Virus record (IMG/VR): IMGVR_UViG_3300023240_000010
From: a virus
Strand: one strand, 5' to 3'
Length of the DNA stretch: 64,000 nt
In this document: positions 1 through 10,179 of the stretch, piece by piece
Numbering within the stretch: the first letter of the stretch is position 1
Layout of the letters: each line of letters starts with the position of its first letter
Notes under the pieces: generated by a model
Seen by the model: only the letters and a program-made list of their open reading frames with translations
What the model was told of the DNA's origin: nothing
Database searches by the model: none
Position numbers and translations under genes: made by a program

Positions 1-1850
1 TAGCATACTGCGCTGTGAATATAGAAGTGTATGCAGAACCCGCAAAAGAGGCAGCGAATTGACCAGTGAACTGACCAACATAGTTACCTAAATAGTCCGA
101 CTCGAATGCACCAACGTAAGGAATACCGTCGAAACTGGCAGCAAAGTTCTGACTGAATGTTCCGATGTAATCACCGATATAAGATGAATCATATACTGAT
201 AGGTACGTAGTGCTATCGTACTCGCCAATAAAGGATGCTGTGAATAATCCTGAGTACTCGCCAGTATAAGTTGTTTCGAACTCAGCGATATATGCTTGAG
301 CATCATAAACACTTACATAAGCAGAATCGTAATTGCCAAGATAATCGCCAACATAAGTTTCTTCGTATGTTGATATGTAATCTGTGCCTTGATAATCTGT
401 AGCATATTCTGTATTGTATAGACCAATATAGTTGCCAACATATTGACTAGCATAGTTGCCTTGATACTCGACTCCATCAAATACACCAGTGTATAGTGTT
501 TCAAATTGTCCACCATATTCACTCTCATAAGTTGAAACATAATCAGAAACATATTCAGTGCCATCATAAGGCGAGATATAATCACCAAGATAATCTGATA
601 TGTAATCACCAGTATAGATGCCAGTATATTCTACAGTATAGTCTGTTGAGTACTGCGCTTCATAATTACCAGAGTAGGTAGAAATATATTCTCCACCATA
701 ATCGCCTACATATACTGTTTCGAACTCATCAGTGTATTGTGAAAGATAGTTTCCTGCATATACATTCTCATATCCAGCATCAAAGGTTGCTGTATAATCT
801 GTCTCGAATCCGCCAACATATACAGCATCAAACTGAGTAGTATAATTTGTTTCGTACTCTCCAGCATATGTTCCGAGATAATCGCTGATGTAATCACCAG
901 CGTATAAATTTGTGTAAACACCTTCAAAGGCAGTTTCATAATCAGCAACAAAGTTGCCCTCATATGCCACTTCATCATACTCGCCTTCATATTGTGTAAT
1001 ATAGTCAGTTGTATAATCCGACTCATATCCACTTGCATATGTTCCTAGATAATCACTGATGTAATCACCAAGATAGTTCTCTGCGAACTGACCTTCGTAT
1101 TGTGAGTCGTAATCTGTTAGATATGTTCCAAGATAATCAGCAGTGAAGTCTCCAGCGTAAGTTGCTTGAAAGTCTCCTTCGTAGGAGTTATCATATACAC
1201 CCTCATAACTTGCGCCGTAATCGCCTAGATAATCACCGTCATAAGTTCCAAGATAGTTACTGATGTAATCGCTGGTATAATCAGTAATGTAGTTTCCTGT
1301 GTATACATCATCGATATAGTTCGAGATATAGTTGCCAAGATATTCAGTCTGGAATCCACCAAGATAATCTGAAACATAGTTGCCTACATACTCTGTGCCA
1401 GAATAATCTGAAAGATATGTGTTTGTGTAATCACTGATATAGTCTGTGTTGTAATCACTGATATAGTTACCAGTGTAATCAACAGATTCGTAGTCACTAG
1501 CATACTGTTCAATAACAGCATCAGCATCATATGTGTTTTCATAATCACTAATGTAATCGGTGCCATCATAAGTAGGCACGTATTGATTAACGTAATCACC
1601 GAGATAGTTTTGTGTGTATTCTGTATTGTAATCGCCGAGGTAGTTCTGTGTGTAGTCACCCAGATAATCGCCATCGTATGTTGGAGTATATGAACCAGTA
1701 TAATCACCGTCATATGTTCCTAAGTATTCACCAGCAAATTCACCACTATATGTTGGTTCATAGTTGCCAGTATAAGTTGCTTCATAGTCGCCGAGATAGT
1801 CTTCTGTATACTGAGCAGTGTAAGTTTCTAGTGCTTGATAACCTGTATCA
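1..1850 (-). repeat. Degenerate 12-nt-period coding repeat (YLGD/YISD/YTGN/YEGE units)
   Basis: Recurring GTAATC/ATAATC/ATAGTT/ATATTC motifs on the + strand are Asp-Tyr/Asn-Tyr/Glu-Tyr codon pairs on the - strand. Confidence 0.9.
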
Positions 1851-3079
1851 TAATAGTATTCAAGTCTAGTATCAATTGCACTACCACGTGCTACCCATGT
1901 ACCAGTATCTGTCGGTCGACCTTGAGTCGCTGAACGTAATTGATATTTACCAATACCAGTAGTTTCGACCGCTTTCTTTACTCGCTCACCAAACGTGAAC
2001 TCTACTTCTGCATCGCTATGTTGTCTTAGTCCTGCCCATCCATTCTGAGCATTACGTGCAATATAAAGAGGTCTAATTACAGCAGGTTTAATGCCTGCTT
2101 GTCTGATCCATATAGAATAAGGTATAACAGTTCCATCGCCACGTGTGTCATTAAATACACTAGGAATAAACTGTACCCAATCAGCGCCAGGACTGTTCGC
2201 ACTTAGACGATACGTACCAGGCAACTCGTCTCGCATGATACGTATGACCAACTCTTCGCAAAATGCGTCAAGTTCTGCGTCATTCATCTCCTTAACACCG
2301 TTGGGCGTTAATGCTCTGCTCCAATATAATGGATTTTTCTTTAATGCACTAGTAGTATTAATAGGTTGTGATGCTGTTGTTACTTGATAAAGATCAGTCT
2401 GAACACCTATAGACTCCGGTGGTAAGGTCTCTTCGATTTCAATAGTAGGGAATACAATACTAGTGTTAGCAGTTTGTTTAGTTGTGTTTTGAACGTCAGT
2501 AGAGTTGGCAGTTAAAGTGAAGTTTAAAAGACCTACTTGAGTTGCTTTGATTTCGAATGTTGATTGATATGATCCTGAAAGACCACCGACAGTACTGAAG
2601 TCTTCCCACTCAACTCTTGTTCCATCAACTGAGTTAGCAGTAGGGGTTGTAGTAACGCCTTCGTTATCAAATAGTGCATCACCAGATACTGAAAGTTCGT
2701 GTCCGATCTCTTCAAATCCAGTTACTGCGTCACCATTTACAACAACATAAACTGTATCGCCGACATATAGAGGAGACGGCATCTCACCCTGTGCGGTGAA
2801 TATTGCGGTGTGTATACCAGTGCCAGGATTTGATCTATGTTCAACAGTGAAATTGACTGTGTAAAATGTGCCTGGTGTATCACCGACAGAGGTTTCGAAG
2901 AAGGTGTCGGTGAAAGTGCCGACAGCAGTTGCTCCACTACTCGTAGTAGTCAGAGCAGAAACATCGACATTGGTCATTTTTCCAAGATGTACTCCCGCCT
3001 GATACGCCAGATAATCTATATCGAGCGTAGCGAGTTCTTGAAGTGCACCAGTTGCTAGGTGTTTTAACGGTAAGGACAT
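1..3079 (-). CDS. Large putative virion/tail-associated protein, >1026 aa and truncated by the window edge; C-terminal ~600 aa is an acidic (Y/F)xxx tetrapeptide repeat
   Basis: Manual translation from the ATG at 3079 (MSLPLKHLATGALQEL...) stays open to position 2 (...FTAQYA). It is missing from the ORF track because there is no stop in the window. A TATAAATA late promoter lies at 3111-3118. Confidence 0.9.
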   Translation of the reverse strand, partial: MSLPLKHLATGALQELATLDIDYLAYQAGVHLGKMTNVDVSALTTTSSGATAVGTFTDTFFETSVGDTPGTFYTVNFTVEHRSNPGTGIHTAIFTAQGEMPSPLYVGDTVYVVVNGDAVTGFEEIGHELSVSGDALFDNEGVTTTPTANSVDGTRVEWEDFSTVGGLSGSYQSTFEIKATQVGLLNFTLTANSTDVQNTTKQTANTSIVFPTIEIEETLPPESIGVQTDLYQVTTASQPINTTSALKKNPLYWSRALTPNGVKEMNDAELDAFCEELVIRIMRDELPGTYRLSANSPGADWVQFIPSVFNDTRGDGTVIPYSIWIRQAGIKPAVIRPLYIARNAQNGWAGLRQHSDAEVEFTFGERVKKAVETTGIGKYQLRSATQGRPTDTGTWVARGSAIDTRLEYYYDTGYQALETYTAQYTEDYLGDYEATYTGNYEPTYSGEFAGEYLGTYDGDYTGSYTPTYDGDYLGDYTQNYLGDYNTEYTQNYLGDYVNQYVPTYDGTDYISDYENTYDADAVIEQYASDYESVDYTGNYISDYNTDYISDYTNTYLSDYSGTEYVGNYVSDYLGGFQTEYLGNYISNYIDDVYTGNYITDYTSDYISNYLGTYDGDYLGDYGASYEGVYDNSYEGDFQATYAGDFTADYLGTYLTDYDSQYEGQFAENYLGDYISDYLGTYASGYESDYTTDYITQYEGEYDEVAYEGNFVADYETAFEGVYTNLYAGDYISDYLGTYAGEYETNYTTQFDAVYVGGFETDYTATFDAGYENVYAGNYLSQYTDEFETVYVGDYGGEYISTYSGNYEAQYSTDYTVEYTGIYTGDYISDYLGDYISPYDGTEYVSDYVSTYESEYGGQFETLYTGVFDGVEYQGNYASQYVGNYIGLYNTEYATDYQGTDYISTYEETYVGDYLGNYDSAYVSVYDAQAYIAEFETTYTGEYSGLFTASFIGEYDSTTYLSVYDSSYIGDYIGTFSQNFAASFDGIPYVGAFESDYLGNYVGQFTGQFAASFAGSAYTSIFTAQYA

Positions 3080-3110
3080 AAATCAGTCATCTTAGGTCAG
3101 TTGTTTCATT

Positions 3111-3118
3111 TATTTATA
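3111..3118 (-). promoter_or_regulatory. T4-type late promoter TATAAATA
   Basis: Exact consensus ~30 nt upstream of the ATG at 3079. Confidence 0.8.
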
Positions 3119-3344
3119 TGCTTCTGGAAAGCAATAATGCGAGAGCGTCCTTTATTTCACACATATCTTTCTGAAGCGTTTCTACTGTTTTCACTAAGTC
3201 TGTCTGATCTTTTTGTTGTTGTCCTCTTATTTTTTTCTGTCTCTGGGCAAGTTCGATCTCGTGAGCATTTACGTTTATTAACGCATTAGACTCCATATCT
3301 CGAACTAACCCAGGAACACCCTCTACTTTGACGTAGCGCGACAT
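3114..3344 (-). CDS. Small conserved T4-like protein with C-terminal coiled coil
   Basis: MSRYVKVEGVPGLVRDMESNALIN; ATG at 3344 overlaps the stop of the upstream gene. Confidence 0.75.
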   Translation of the reverse strand: MSRYVKVEGVPGLVRDMESNALINVNAHEIELAQRQKKIRGQQQKDQTDLVKTVETLQKDMCEIKDALALLLSRSI

Positions 3345-6300
3345 TAACTTGCTAACCACTTAACTACTACACTACCTATGGTTGCAGGTGTTGCAGGATT
3401 AGTACCCGTGGTAATTATCTTAGTCTGTGCTTGTGTGAATGGATTCAGTGTACCTGCAACACCGCCTGCAAGAAACTTAACTCTGCGACTTTGACCATCT
3501 TTAACAATAATGTTAAATTCTGGTTGAAGTATCCAGGACAGTTCACTAAGATTCTGATCTGAAGTACCTACACGATAGTAGACAAGTACACTACCTGTTG
3601 GTGGTATTGATAAGTCAGCACTAATTTCAATACCGATAGCAGGTGATTCAAGAACGACTGGTTTCATAATATGTGCAGAACTTGAACTCGCTCCCGACGA
3701 TGCTGTATTAGCAACATTGTAGATGTGAGGAGTAACCGATGGATCATCAATCAAGTTATTTACAGTGACCAAAGATGATCGTTGTAAGTCAATGATTGGT
3801 GAGACATAATCGTTAGCACTCTTCATGTCAACTTTAAAGAAAGTAGAAGAAGTGAATGTTGCAACACCTTCGCCAGTCCTATCAGAATCAACTTCAAACT
3901 GATTGTACAGAGTGTATGTAGCAGCAAGATCAGTGTTAGTCTTAGGAGTAATTCTAGTGAAGTTAGCATCCTGTGCGAATCGTGTCTCCGTACCAGAGAT
4001 AGATCGTCCAGTAGTAAACTTACCGGACACATCAATCGAAGTAGAGTTAGGAATAATCGACTCGATAATTGGATTAACTACTGAGAAGTTTATGTTGCCT
4101 TGTGACAATACTCTTTCGCCACCACCAGTTGCAGTCGATGTTGCAGTAACAGGATTAGAAGGACTAATTTCAAATCTGTAACCGTACATATCAACATCGA
4201 TAACTTGATGTGATCCACTCAACTGCTCGGCAGTGAATCCGCCTGTTGCAGTAGCACTATCAATGTTAGCACCGTCACCTGCACGTAGACCATGATTGAC
4301 ATGTCGAACGTAAATGTTGGCAGAACTGTTTACAGTTTGAATTGGATTCTCTTCAAGCAGTTTAGAAGGCACAACGGCATTCTTCAGTATCAAACTACCG
4401 TTAGCACCACCGCCAGAACCGAACACTGCACGAGTAACTTTAAACATTAAGTCTTCGTTCAAAGACTTCTCCCAGTTCTTACCGTTCTGTGGCAAGAAGA
4501 GATAACCCGGAGTCTGTGTGCTGTTGAATCTACCAGTCGTGTTGATAACTGACTCGCTAGTTCTTGCACTAAACAACTCATATTCAGTTGACTGTGAAGT
4601 AACTACAATAGCATAGTCTTGTCCTGGTGCCAAGTAAACAGGTTCATCGAATACGAATGACGTTCCGTTACCTTGAATAGTAACTAACTGACTAGAGAGT
4701 TCCGAAACAATAACATTTGCGCGGTTGACAAATACTTGTGAATCTGGTACCATAGTACTGTAAGAAGGTTTACCATTCTCGACAGGTCGAATATGTATAG
4801 AAACGGGCAGAGATACATTAGCAGGTTTCGACTTAAAGAACAACTCGACTTTAGTTAGTGTAACACCAAACTCGTTGTTGACTTTAAATGTCTGTGCTAA
4901 AGGATTCATCGGAGTAGAGATTGCTTTTGTACCGAGAACAGAAGCAAACTGTGCCTGATTCACATTGATATAGTCGGACAGAACCTTAGACATATCTTGA
5001 TTATTAGCAAGTGTCTGTAATGCTGCCGCGTTTAATGTAGCGCCGTCAGGACTATATAATCCAGATAATCTAGGATCAATAATACTTACTGAACTAGCAG
5101 GTATAGAATCAAGAACCTTCTTCATCTCTTTTGCAGAATACAATCTATGTCTATAGTTGTAAGGATACAGATAACTATGACCACGTGTAAATGATAGAGG
5201 GTTGTACCAAGTCCAAGGCAACAGTCCTTTAACAGTGTAGTGTGCGAATGCTTTACTATTAGCGCCTGCCCAATCATTTACATTAATATCGAGAAGTTTA
5301 AACTCTCGCGCGCCTGATCTGAATCGTAGATAATACTTACTATATCGTCCACGATACTTAGTAGTAGCAACTTCATACTTTGGAGTGAGGTTAGGTATGA
5401 AGAATGATCCAATAACTTCACCGTTAGCATCAGCAATAAGTTCGCTTGTGCCGTCAGGATGACCAAGAACTGCTGAGTGTGTTAACTTGTTACCAATTTC
5501 ATCTGCTCTATCAGACCACTGAAGGAATGAAGACTCTGATTTACACCATACCGAAACATCAGTACCGTCAAAGAACGGAGTGAACTTAGTGTTAGGAGTC
5601 AGACCTTGTGCTTTAAAGTAAATCTTTCGTGAGCGAATCCATGGTACAAATGCAACATCGATAGTCTTTTCACCGACAACATTACGTAAAGTCTCGCCAG
5701 CAATGATACGTCTAACTATTCCAGAATCGTTTATTCCATATTTCGTTTTCAGAGTTCTAAGAGCGAACGCTTTTGATCTGCCTGAACCAGTACGAAGAGT
5801 CTGAGATAACTTAGCAATCTCTGTATTCTCTTTCGCAGTACGACCCTGCCAGTTCCACTGCCAGTTGTTCCATAAGAATGCTTGCTTACCGAATAGTCTT
5901 CCTGCACCAGCAAGAGACTTAGCGGCATTTTGAATAGACTCTTTCCACTCATCAGTTGACGGTGATAATTTCAAAGTGCCTACGTTGTCAACAAGACCGA
6001 ACGGATTGATTTTAACTGTTCTTGATGCAAGACTTTGATCGACCCAGTTCGCTTCAGTGTGAGCAAGATAGACATTATCGCCTTTCTTGACAACACCCGA
6101 CGATGCCGTAGCATCAAAGATTAGACGCATATTACCTTCATCGAATGAAGGACGTACTAAACGATTTTCAGGATCAATTGCTGCCTTATAGTCAGGAGAT
6201 TCTACTTCAGCATTAGTCTGATCGGCATGTTCATCTACTTGCATACCACTAATGATACGTAGTACACCCGCACTATCAAGAACATTGTCCATTCTTGCTT

Positions 6301-8740
6301 CAAGTTCTGCAATGCTCAATTGAGTTGACTCTTCAAGAGCATCTAACTTACGATCAATATCGCCAATATCTTTCATTGTGTAACCGCGTTGTTGTGCGGT
6401 AGGAACAATTACTAAATCGTCTTCGTTAATCGTGTTGCCGTTAAGAACGATCTTATACAATTCCATCGAATGCATAGGAGTTTCTTTGAACTGAGGTTCA
6501 CGCGCTTGTTGACCCATTAGCACCTGAATTTCTCCTTCAGGTGTAATAATTACTTTGTCTGCACGAGGTAGATAATAGTCAATATTAGCAGTTATATTAG
6601 TGCCGACTCTAGGCAAAGCATTAATATTAGTTACTGCACTATCGATACCGTTTCTATCCGGTCTGAAGTCAACTACATCTCGTAGATCGACTGTATTACC
6701 AGTAATTGAAGTGTGTATAGGAATATCTTTGTAAGGAACATTGTACGAAGAAGGAGCGAAGAAGTCGCCACTGCCTCGTGCAAAATACTTGTATGCAACA
6801 TATATGTCGCCCGCAGGAACTGCGTGACCATCTTTAAGCGTCAAAGTGCCATCAGCGTAGAAGTTGTCTCTTTGTCCATCGTCAAGTACTACTGCACCAG
6901 AAAGATCGAACCCAGAACTAGAACTCTGTCTTACTGAGTCAACAGAGTAAATATCAGGAACCTGCATATCGAATATTGTACGACCAGAAGAGTCAGTGAC
7001 GCTAGGCAAAATTGCGGTTGCTGATGTAAGAGTCTTTGTACGAATCGCTCCAGTCTTTTGAACATAGGCAAGAACTTCATATGCTCCTGATGCACTAGCA
7101 AGACTTGATATAGCAGCATCTCTGCCACCATTAGTAATAGAGATTGTATAAGTGCTAGGTGCTTCGAATACAGCACTGCCAAGACTTACAATCCATAAAG
7201 ACGAATCGACATATGATTGACCCGAAGGTAACTGATCTAGTGTAACAGTATTAGTAGAGGCAGTTTTTGCTTGTCTAACTTGCTTCGATAGAATAATATC
7301 CGAAAGAGACTCTACACGAGAAAATGGTGCATTAAACAATGCTGTGTTATTATTAGTAGTTTCGTTTAGAACTGCCGCGCCGCCAGTAAGAAGTTCGACA
7401 TCAAAATAATCTGAGGTCGCAGTACCGATGCTTTTTACTTCAGCAAGACTTTCATTTGCAAATACTTTAACATCGTATACATAAACTTTAAACTTAGTGC
7501 CATAAGGTTCTACTGCACGAATACGACAAGTACCTATGTCCGTACCACTACCACCATAACCAGTAGCATTCCATAAGTCAACTCTAGCATGATCGAGATT
7601 AGGAAGACCTCTGTTAGTTGTACATACAAAGTAGTTGCCGTAGTTGACACCGATAACATCATTTGCTACTGTTTCAGTTTCTACTGGTCGTGGTAGACTA
7701 AGAGTGACAGGAGATTGATTCTCTACACGATAACCATTAACGTATGCAGTGCCTTCACTAATATTAAGTTCAAGATTTTCATCAACGCCGTTGTCATTAT
7801 CAGAGACGTGGACAATGAATGGTTCAACAACATAATCACCAGACTCTTCTTTGGTTCGTAGCGCAAGAAGTTCTTCGATTTTAGCATAAGCGTCACTTGA
7901 TTGTAGTTGCTCGCTGATCGAAGAGTTTTCAACTTCAGCAAGATATACAAAGGTGTCGTTTGCATCAACTAAGTCTTTAGTAGTCAGTTCTAGTTTAATC
8001 TGAAGTCTGTCAGCACCAGGAGATGCTGTATTAACAATACCGTTCGCGTTGTCATAAAGTGTATCTGTGTCAGTAACAGTTACTACTTGCTGTACGACTT
8101 TAAAACCAACAGTTGCGTTAATGTTATCGCTAGTGTAAGATGAGAGAATAATAGACTGTTCTTGTGTATGAACGAAACGACCCAGCGCGAAGAAATCACC
8201 TTCTGCGACTGTAAACTTAGCACCATATCCTGTCGCACCAGGAGTCTCTGTTACTAATTCGTATGCACTAGTAGTAGCAAACTGCTGGACTAGTGTTTCG
8301 TTATCACCGAATGTGGTTATCGAAGATGTTGCGAGAGCATTACCACCGTTGATATACTCGACAAATAATGTATCGAACGTCTGAGTGCCATGAGCAGGTA
8401 TTGCTTGAATGACCTGAGCAGAAACATTAGTAGCAGTATTCTTCAGAATAGTGCCGCGCGGTATATCTCCGAAAGAACCGCCCTGATTCGTAGAGGCGAT
8501 CTTTACGAAGTGATAAGCGTTATTAATACTGCAACCACCTCCAGATACTACTGCACCTTCTTTAAAGATGTTTCTACCCAATCGACCCATCTCTTCATAG
8601 ATAAGAGTTTGCATCTGAGTGAGTTCTCGCGACTGAAGTGCGCGACCGCTGTTAAACAATATCTGATGATAGTTGTCATCAGCATTGTAATCGTCTGCAT
8701 AACTTCCAGATAACGTATTAGATGTGAATATATTTGCCAT
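3344..8740 (-). CDS. Large virion/baseplate structural protein (DUF4815 / VrlC-like), 1798 aa
   Basis: N-terminal YADDY...YHQILFNSGRALQSRELTQMQT, LALRTKEESGDYVV and PLAQTF motifs typical of this family; directly downstream of gp8. Confidence 0.8.
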   Translation of the reverse strand: MANIFTSNTLSGSYADDYNADDNYHQILFNSGRALQSRELTQMQTLIYEEMGRLGRNIFKEGAVVSGGGCSINNAYHFVKIASTNQGGSFGDIPRGTILKNTATNVSAQVIQAIPAHGTQTFDTLFVEYINGGNALATSSITTFGDNETLVQQFATTSAYELVTETPGATGYGAKFTVAEGDFFALGRFVHTQEQSIILSSYTSDNINATVGFKVVQQVVTVTDTDTLYDNANGIVNTASPGADRLQIKLELTTKDLVDANDTFVYLAEVENSSISEQLQSSDAYAKIEELLALRTKEESGDYVVEPFIVHVSDNDNGVDENLELNISEGTAYVNGYRVENQSPVTLSLPRPVETETVANDVIGVNYGNYFVCTTNRGLPNLDHARVDLWNATGYGGSGTDIGTCRIRAVEPYGTKFKVYVYDVKVFANESLAEVKSIGTATSDYFDVELLTGGAAVLNETTNNNTALFNAPFSRVESLSDIILSKQVRQAKTASTNTVTLDQLPSGQSYVDSSLWIVSLGSAVFEAPSTYTISITNGGRDAAISSLASASGAYEVLAYVQKTGAIRTKTLTSATAILPSVTDSSGRTIFDMQVPDIYSVDSVRQSSSSGFDLSGAVVLDDGQRDNFYADGTLTLKDGHAVPAGDIYVAYKYFARGSGDFFAPSSYNVPYKDIPIHTSITGNTVDLRDVVDFRPDRNGIDSAVTNINALPRVGTNITANIDYYLPRADKVIITPEGEIQVLMGQQAREPQFKETPMHSMELYKIVLNGNTINEDDLVIVPTAQQRGYTMKDIGDIDRKLDALEESTQLSIAELEARMDNVLDSAGVLRIISGMQVDEHADQTNAEVESPDYKAAIDPENRLVRPSFDEGNMRLIFDATASSGVVKKGDNVYLAHTEANWVDQSLASRTVKINPFGLVDNVGTLKLSPSTDEWKESIQNAAKSLAGAGRLFGKQAFLWNNWQWNWQGRTAKENTEIAKLSQTLRTGSGRSKAFALRTLKTKYGINDSGIVRRIIAGETLRNVVGEKTIDVAFVPWIRSRKIYFKAQGLTPNTKFTPFFDGTDVSVWCKSESSFLQWSDRADEIGNKLTHSAVLGHPDGTSELIADANGEVIGSFFIPNLTPKYEVATTKYRGRYSKYYLRFRSGAREFKLLDINVNDWAGANSKAFAHYTVKGLLPWTWYNPLSFTRGHSYLYPYNYRHRLYSAKEMKKVLDSIPASSVSIIDPRLSGLYSPDGATLNAAALQTLANNQDMSKVLSDYINVNQAQFASVLGTKAISTPMNPLAQTFKVNNEFGVTLTKVELFFKSKPANVSLPVSIHIRPVENGKPSYSTMVPDSQVFVNRANVIVSELSSQLVTIQGNGTSFVFDEPVYLAPGQDYAIVVTSQSTEYELFSARTSESVINTTGRFNSTQTPGYLFLPQNGKNWEKSLNEDLMFKVTRAVFGSGGGANGSLILKNAVVPSKLLEENPIQTVNSSANIYVRHVNHGLRAGDGANIDSATATGGFTAEQLSGSHQVIDVDMYGYRFEISPSNPVTATSTATGGGERVLSQGNINFSVVNPIIESIIPNSTSIDVSGKFTTGRSISGTETRFAQDANFTRITPKTNTDLAATYTLYNQFEVDSDRTGEGVATFTSSTFFKVDMKSANDYVSPIIDLQRSSLVTVNNLIDDPSVTPHIYNVANTASSGASSSSAHIMKPVVLESPAIGIEISADLSIPPTGSVLVYYRVGTSDQNLSELSWILQPEFNIIVKDGQSRRVKFLAGGVAGTLNPFTQAQTKIITTGTNPATPATIGSVVVKWLAS

Positions 8741-8752
8741 GTTTTTAGTCTC

Positions 8753-10144
8753 TTATCCTAACTGAATTACGATGCGAATGTCTTCGGTTTGATTAGAACC
8801 GCGTGTTATCTGTCCAACGTTATTTATGTGTAAAATATCACCGGTTGTGGCGTCAACGTCAGGATTAAATAATCTAGTAATCTCGCCGGTACCCGTTACG
8901 GTTCTATTGACAAGAGCGCCGCCGGTATTGAATTTACCGAACCCAGTAGTCTCATCTTGAAAATAATATAACTTTGTATCACTTGGTTCGTAGTAATACA
9001 CTTTACCTTGTATTGTGTTTTCTGCATTAGAGAATAGATCATCTGGAGCAAATACACCGTTTGTTAAATTTATCTGTAGAATTTTTAATGCGTTACCAAC
9101 ATTCAAATCAAAGTCTGAATCAGTAGAAACATAATTCCGCTCGCCGTCACTGTCTCCATACTTCTTTAAGTCTCTTATTAGGCAAGTCTGATAGAAATCA
9201 TTCTCAGTTCTAATCTTTGAATCTTCGTCAGACTTGAAGTCTGTTTGTAACATTAGAGCAGTAGACTTCAGAGTCTTAGTTGGATCATCATGAATGCCTT
9301 TAGGAGGTGAAAGAACGCATCGCAGTACTGCATTGCCTGCTGAGACCGTTGCCTTCGCTCGTCGATAACCTGTACCATTAAGATAAGAGGCGTCAAGATT
9401 GCTTTGCGACACTTCTACTTTTACAATACTGCCTTCATTAATAGTAACTTCGAATTCTGCTCCAGTACCATCACCATCTATAATAACTGTAGGAGTTGCA
9501 CTGTAACTTGTGCCGGCATCAACAATTTCAACACTAAGAATTTCACCATCAACGGATGCTTGCTGAAGTGCGTATTGCTCTTGCTCTTCAGCAATAGATG
9601 CTCCCGCAAGAACTTTCTTTACTGGAAACCATTCGTTTGTTTTGTATGTCGCATATGCTAGATTAGAGAGTCTAAACATGAAACGCCATTTGTAAAGATC
9701 AACAAGAGTAAAGGTTTTACCATCAGATGCTAAACCACCACCATTTTCAACAAAACGTGCGTATGTTGTGAATGGTTCATTAACTGAGTTTTGGACAATA
9801 CCCTCAGAGTTTTTACCCTGCTCTATACAAATAAACACTTCTCTTGCTGAATTGATAATATAGAAGTTCTCTTGTGCGGGCAATGCATCGCTATATGCTT
9901 CGTAAGAAAATCCAGTTGACCAAGGAATAGTTTTAACAACATGAGATGCATTATTCAGTGCCTTTACTGACTGAAGCGAATCACGAACTTGATTCTGTGC
10001 ATAGACTGAGTTATTAATCGTAGGATTGGTAATCAAGTCTGCCCTTGCAAGACCGATATAATAGTTCTCGGTACTGCCGTCGATGTCTTCTTTCAGTTGA
10101 TCTAAAAGCAGACTTCTAAACTGATTAGTAATTGCAGATGTCAT
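8753..10144 (-). CDS. gp8: Baseplate wedge subunit gp8-like
   Basis: MTSAITNQFR...YYIGLAR, FYIINSAREVFICIEQG, YKWRFMF and terminal RGSNQTEDIRIVIQ motifs; synteny. Confidence 0.8.
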   Translation of the reverse strand: MTSAITNQFRSLLLDQLKEDIDGSTENYYIGLARADLITNPTINNSVYAQNQVRDSLQSVKALNNASHVVKTIPWSTGFSYEAYSDALPAQENFYIINSAREVFICIEQGKNSEGIVQNSVNEPFTTYARFVENGGGLASDGKTFTLVDLYKWRFMFRLSNLAYATYKTNEWFPVKKVLAGASIAEEQEQYALQQASVDGEILSVEIVDAGTSYSATPTVIIDGDGTGAEFEVTINEGSIVKVEVSQSNLDASYLNGTGYRRAKATVSAGNAVLRCVLSPPKGIHDDPTKTLKSTALMLQTDFKSDEDSKIRTENDFYQTCLIRDLKKYGDSDGERNYVSTDSDFDLNVGNALKILQINLTNGVFAPDDLFSNAENTIQGKVYYYEPSDTKLYYFQDETTGFGKFNTGGALVNRTVTGTGEITRLFNPDVDATTGDILHINNVGQITRGSNQTEDIRIVIQLG

Positions 10145-10171
10145 TTAATTTTCTCTTTAGTATTATAAGTC

Positions 10172-10179
10172 TATTTATA
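10172..10179 (-). promoter_or_regulatory. T4-type late promoter TATAAATA
   Basis: Exact consensus upstream of gp8. Confidence 0.8.

Noticed and set aside
1-1850. CRISPR array or non-coding tandem repeat
   Set aside because: There is no constant 25-45 nt repeat with unique spacers; the periodicity is 12 nt and is explained by one open reading frame.
88-3058. The many short ORFs listed in the track for this region
   Set aside because: They are out-of-frame or antisense shadows of the long ORF starting at 3079.
1-3079. Diversity-generating retroelement target
   Set aside because: No reverse transcriptase and no template/variable repeat pair differing at adenines was seen in the window.
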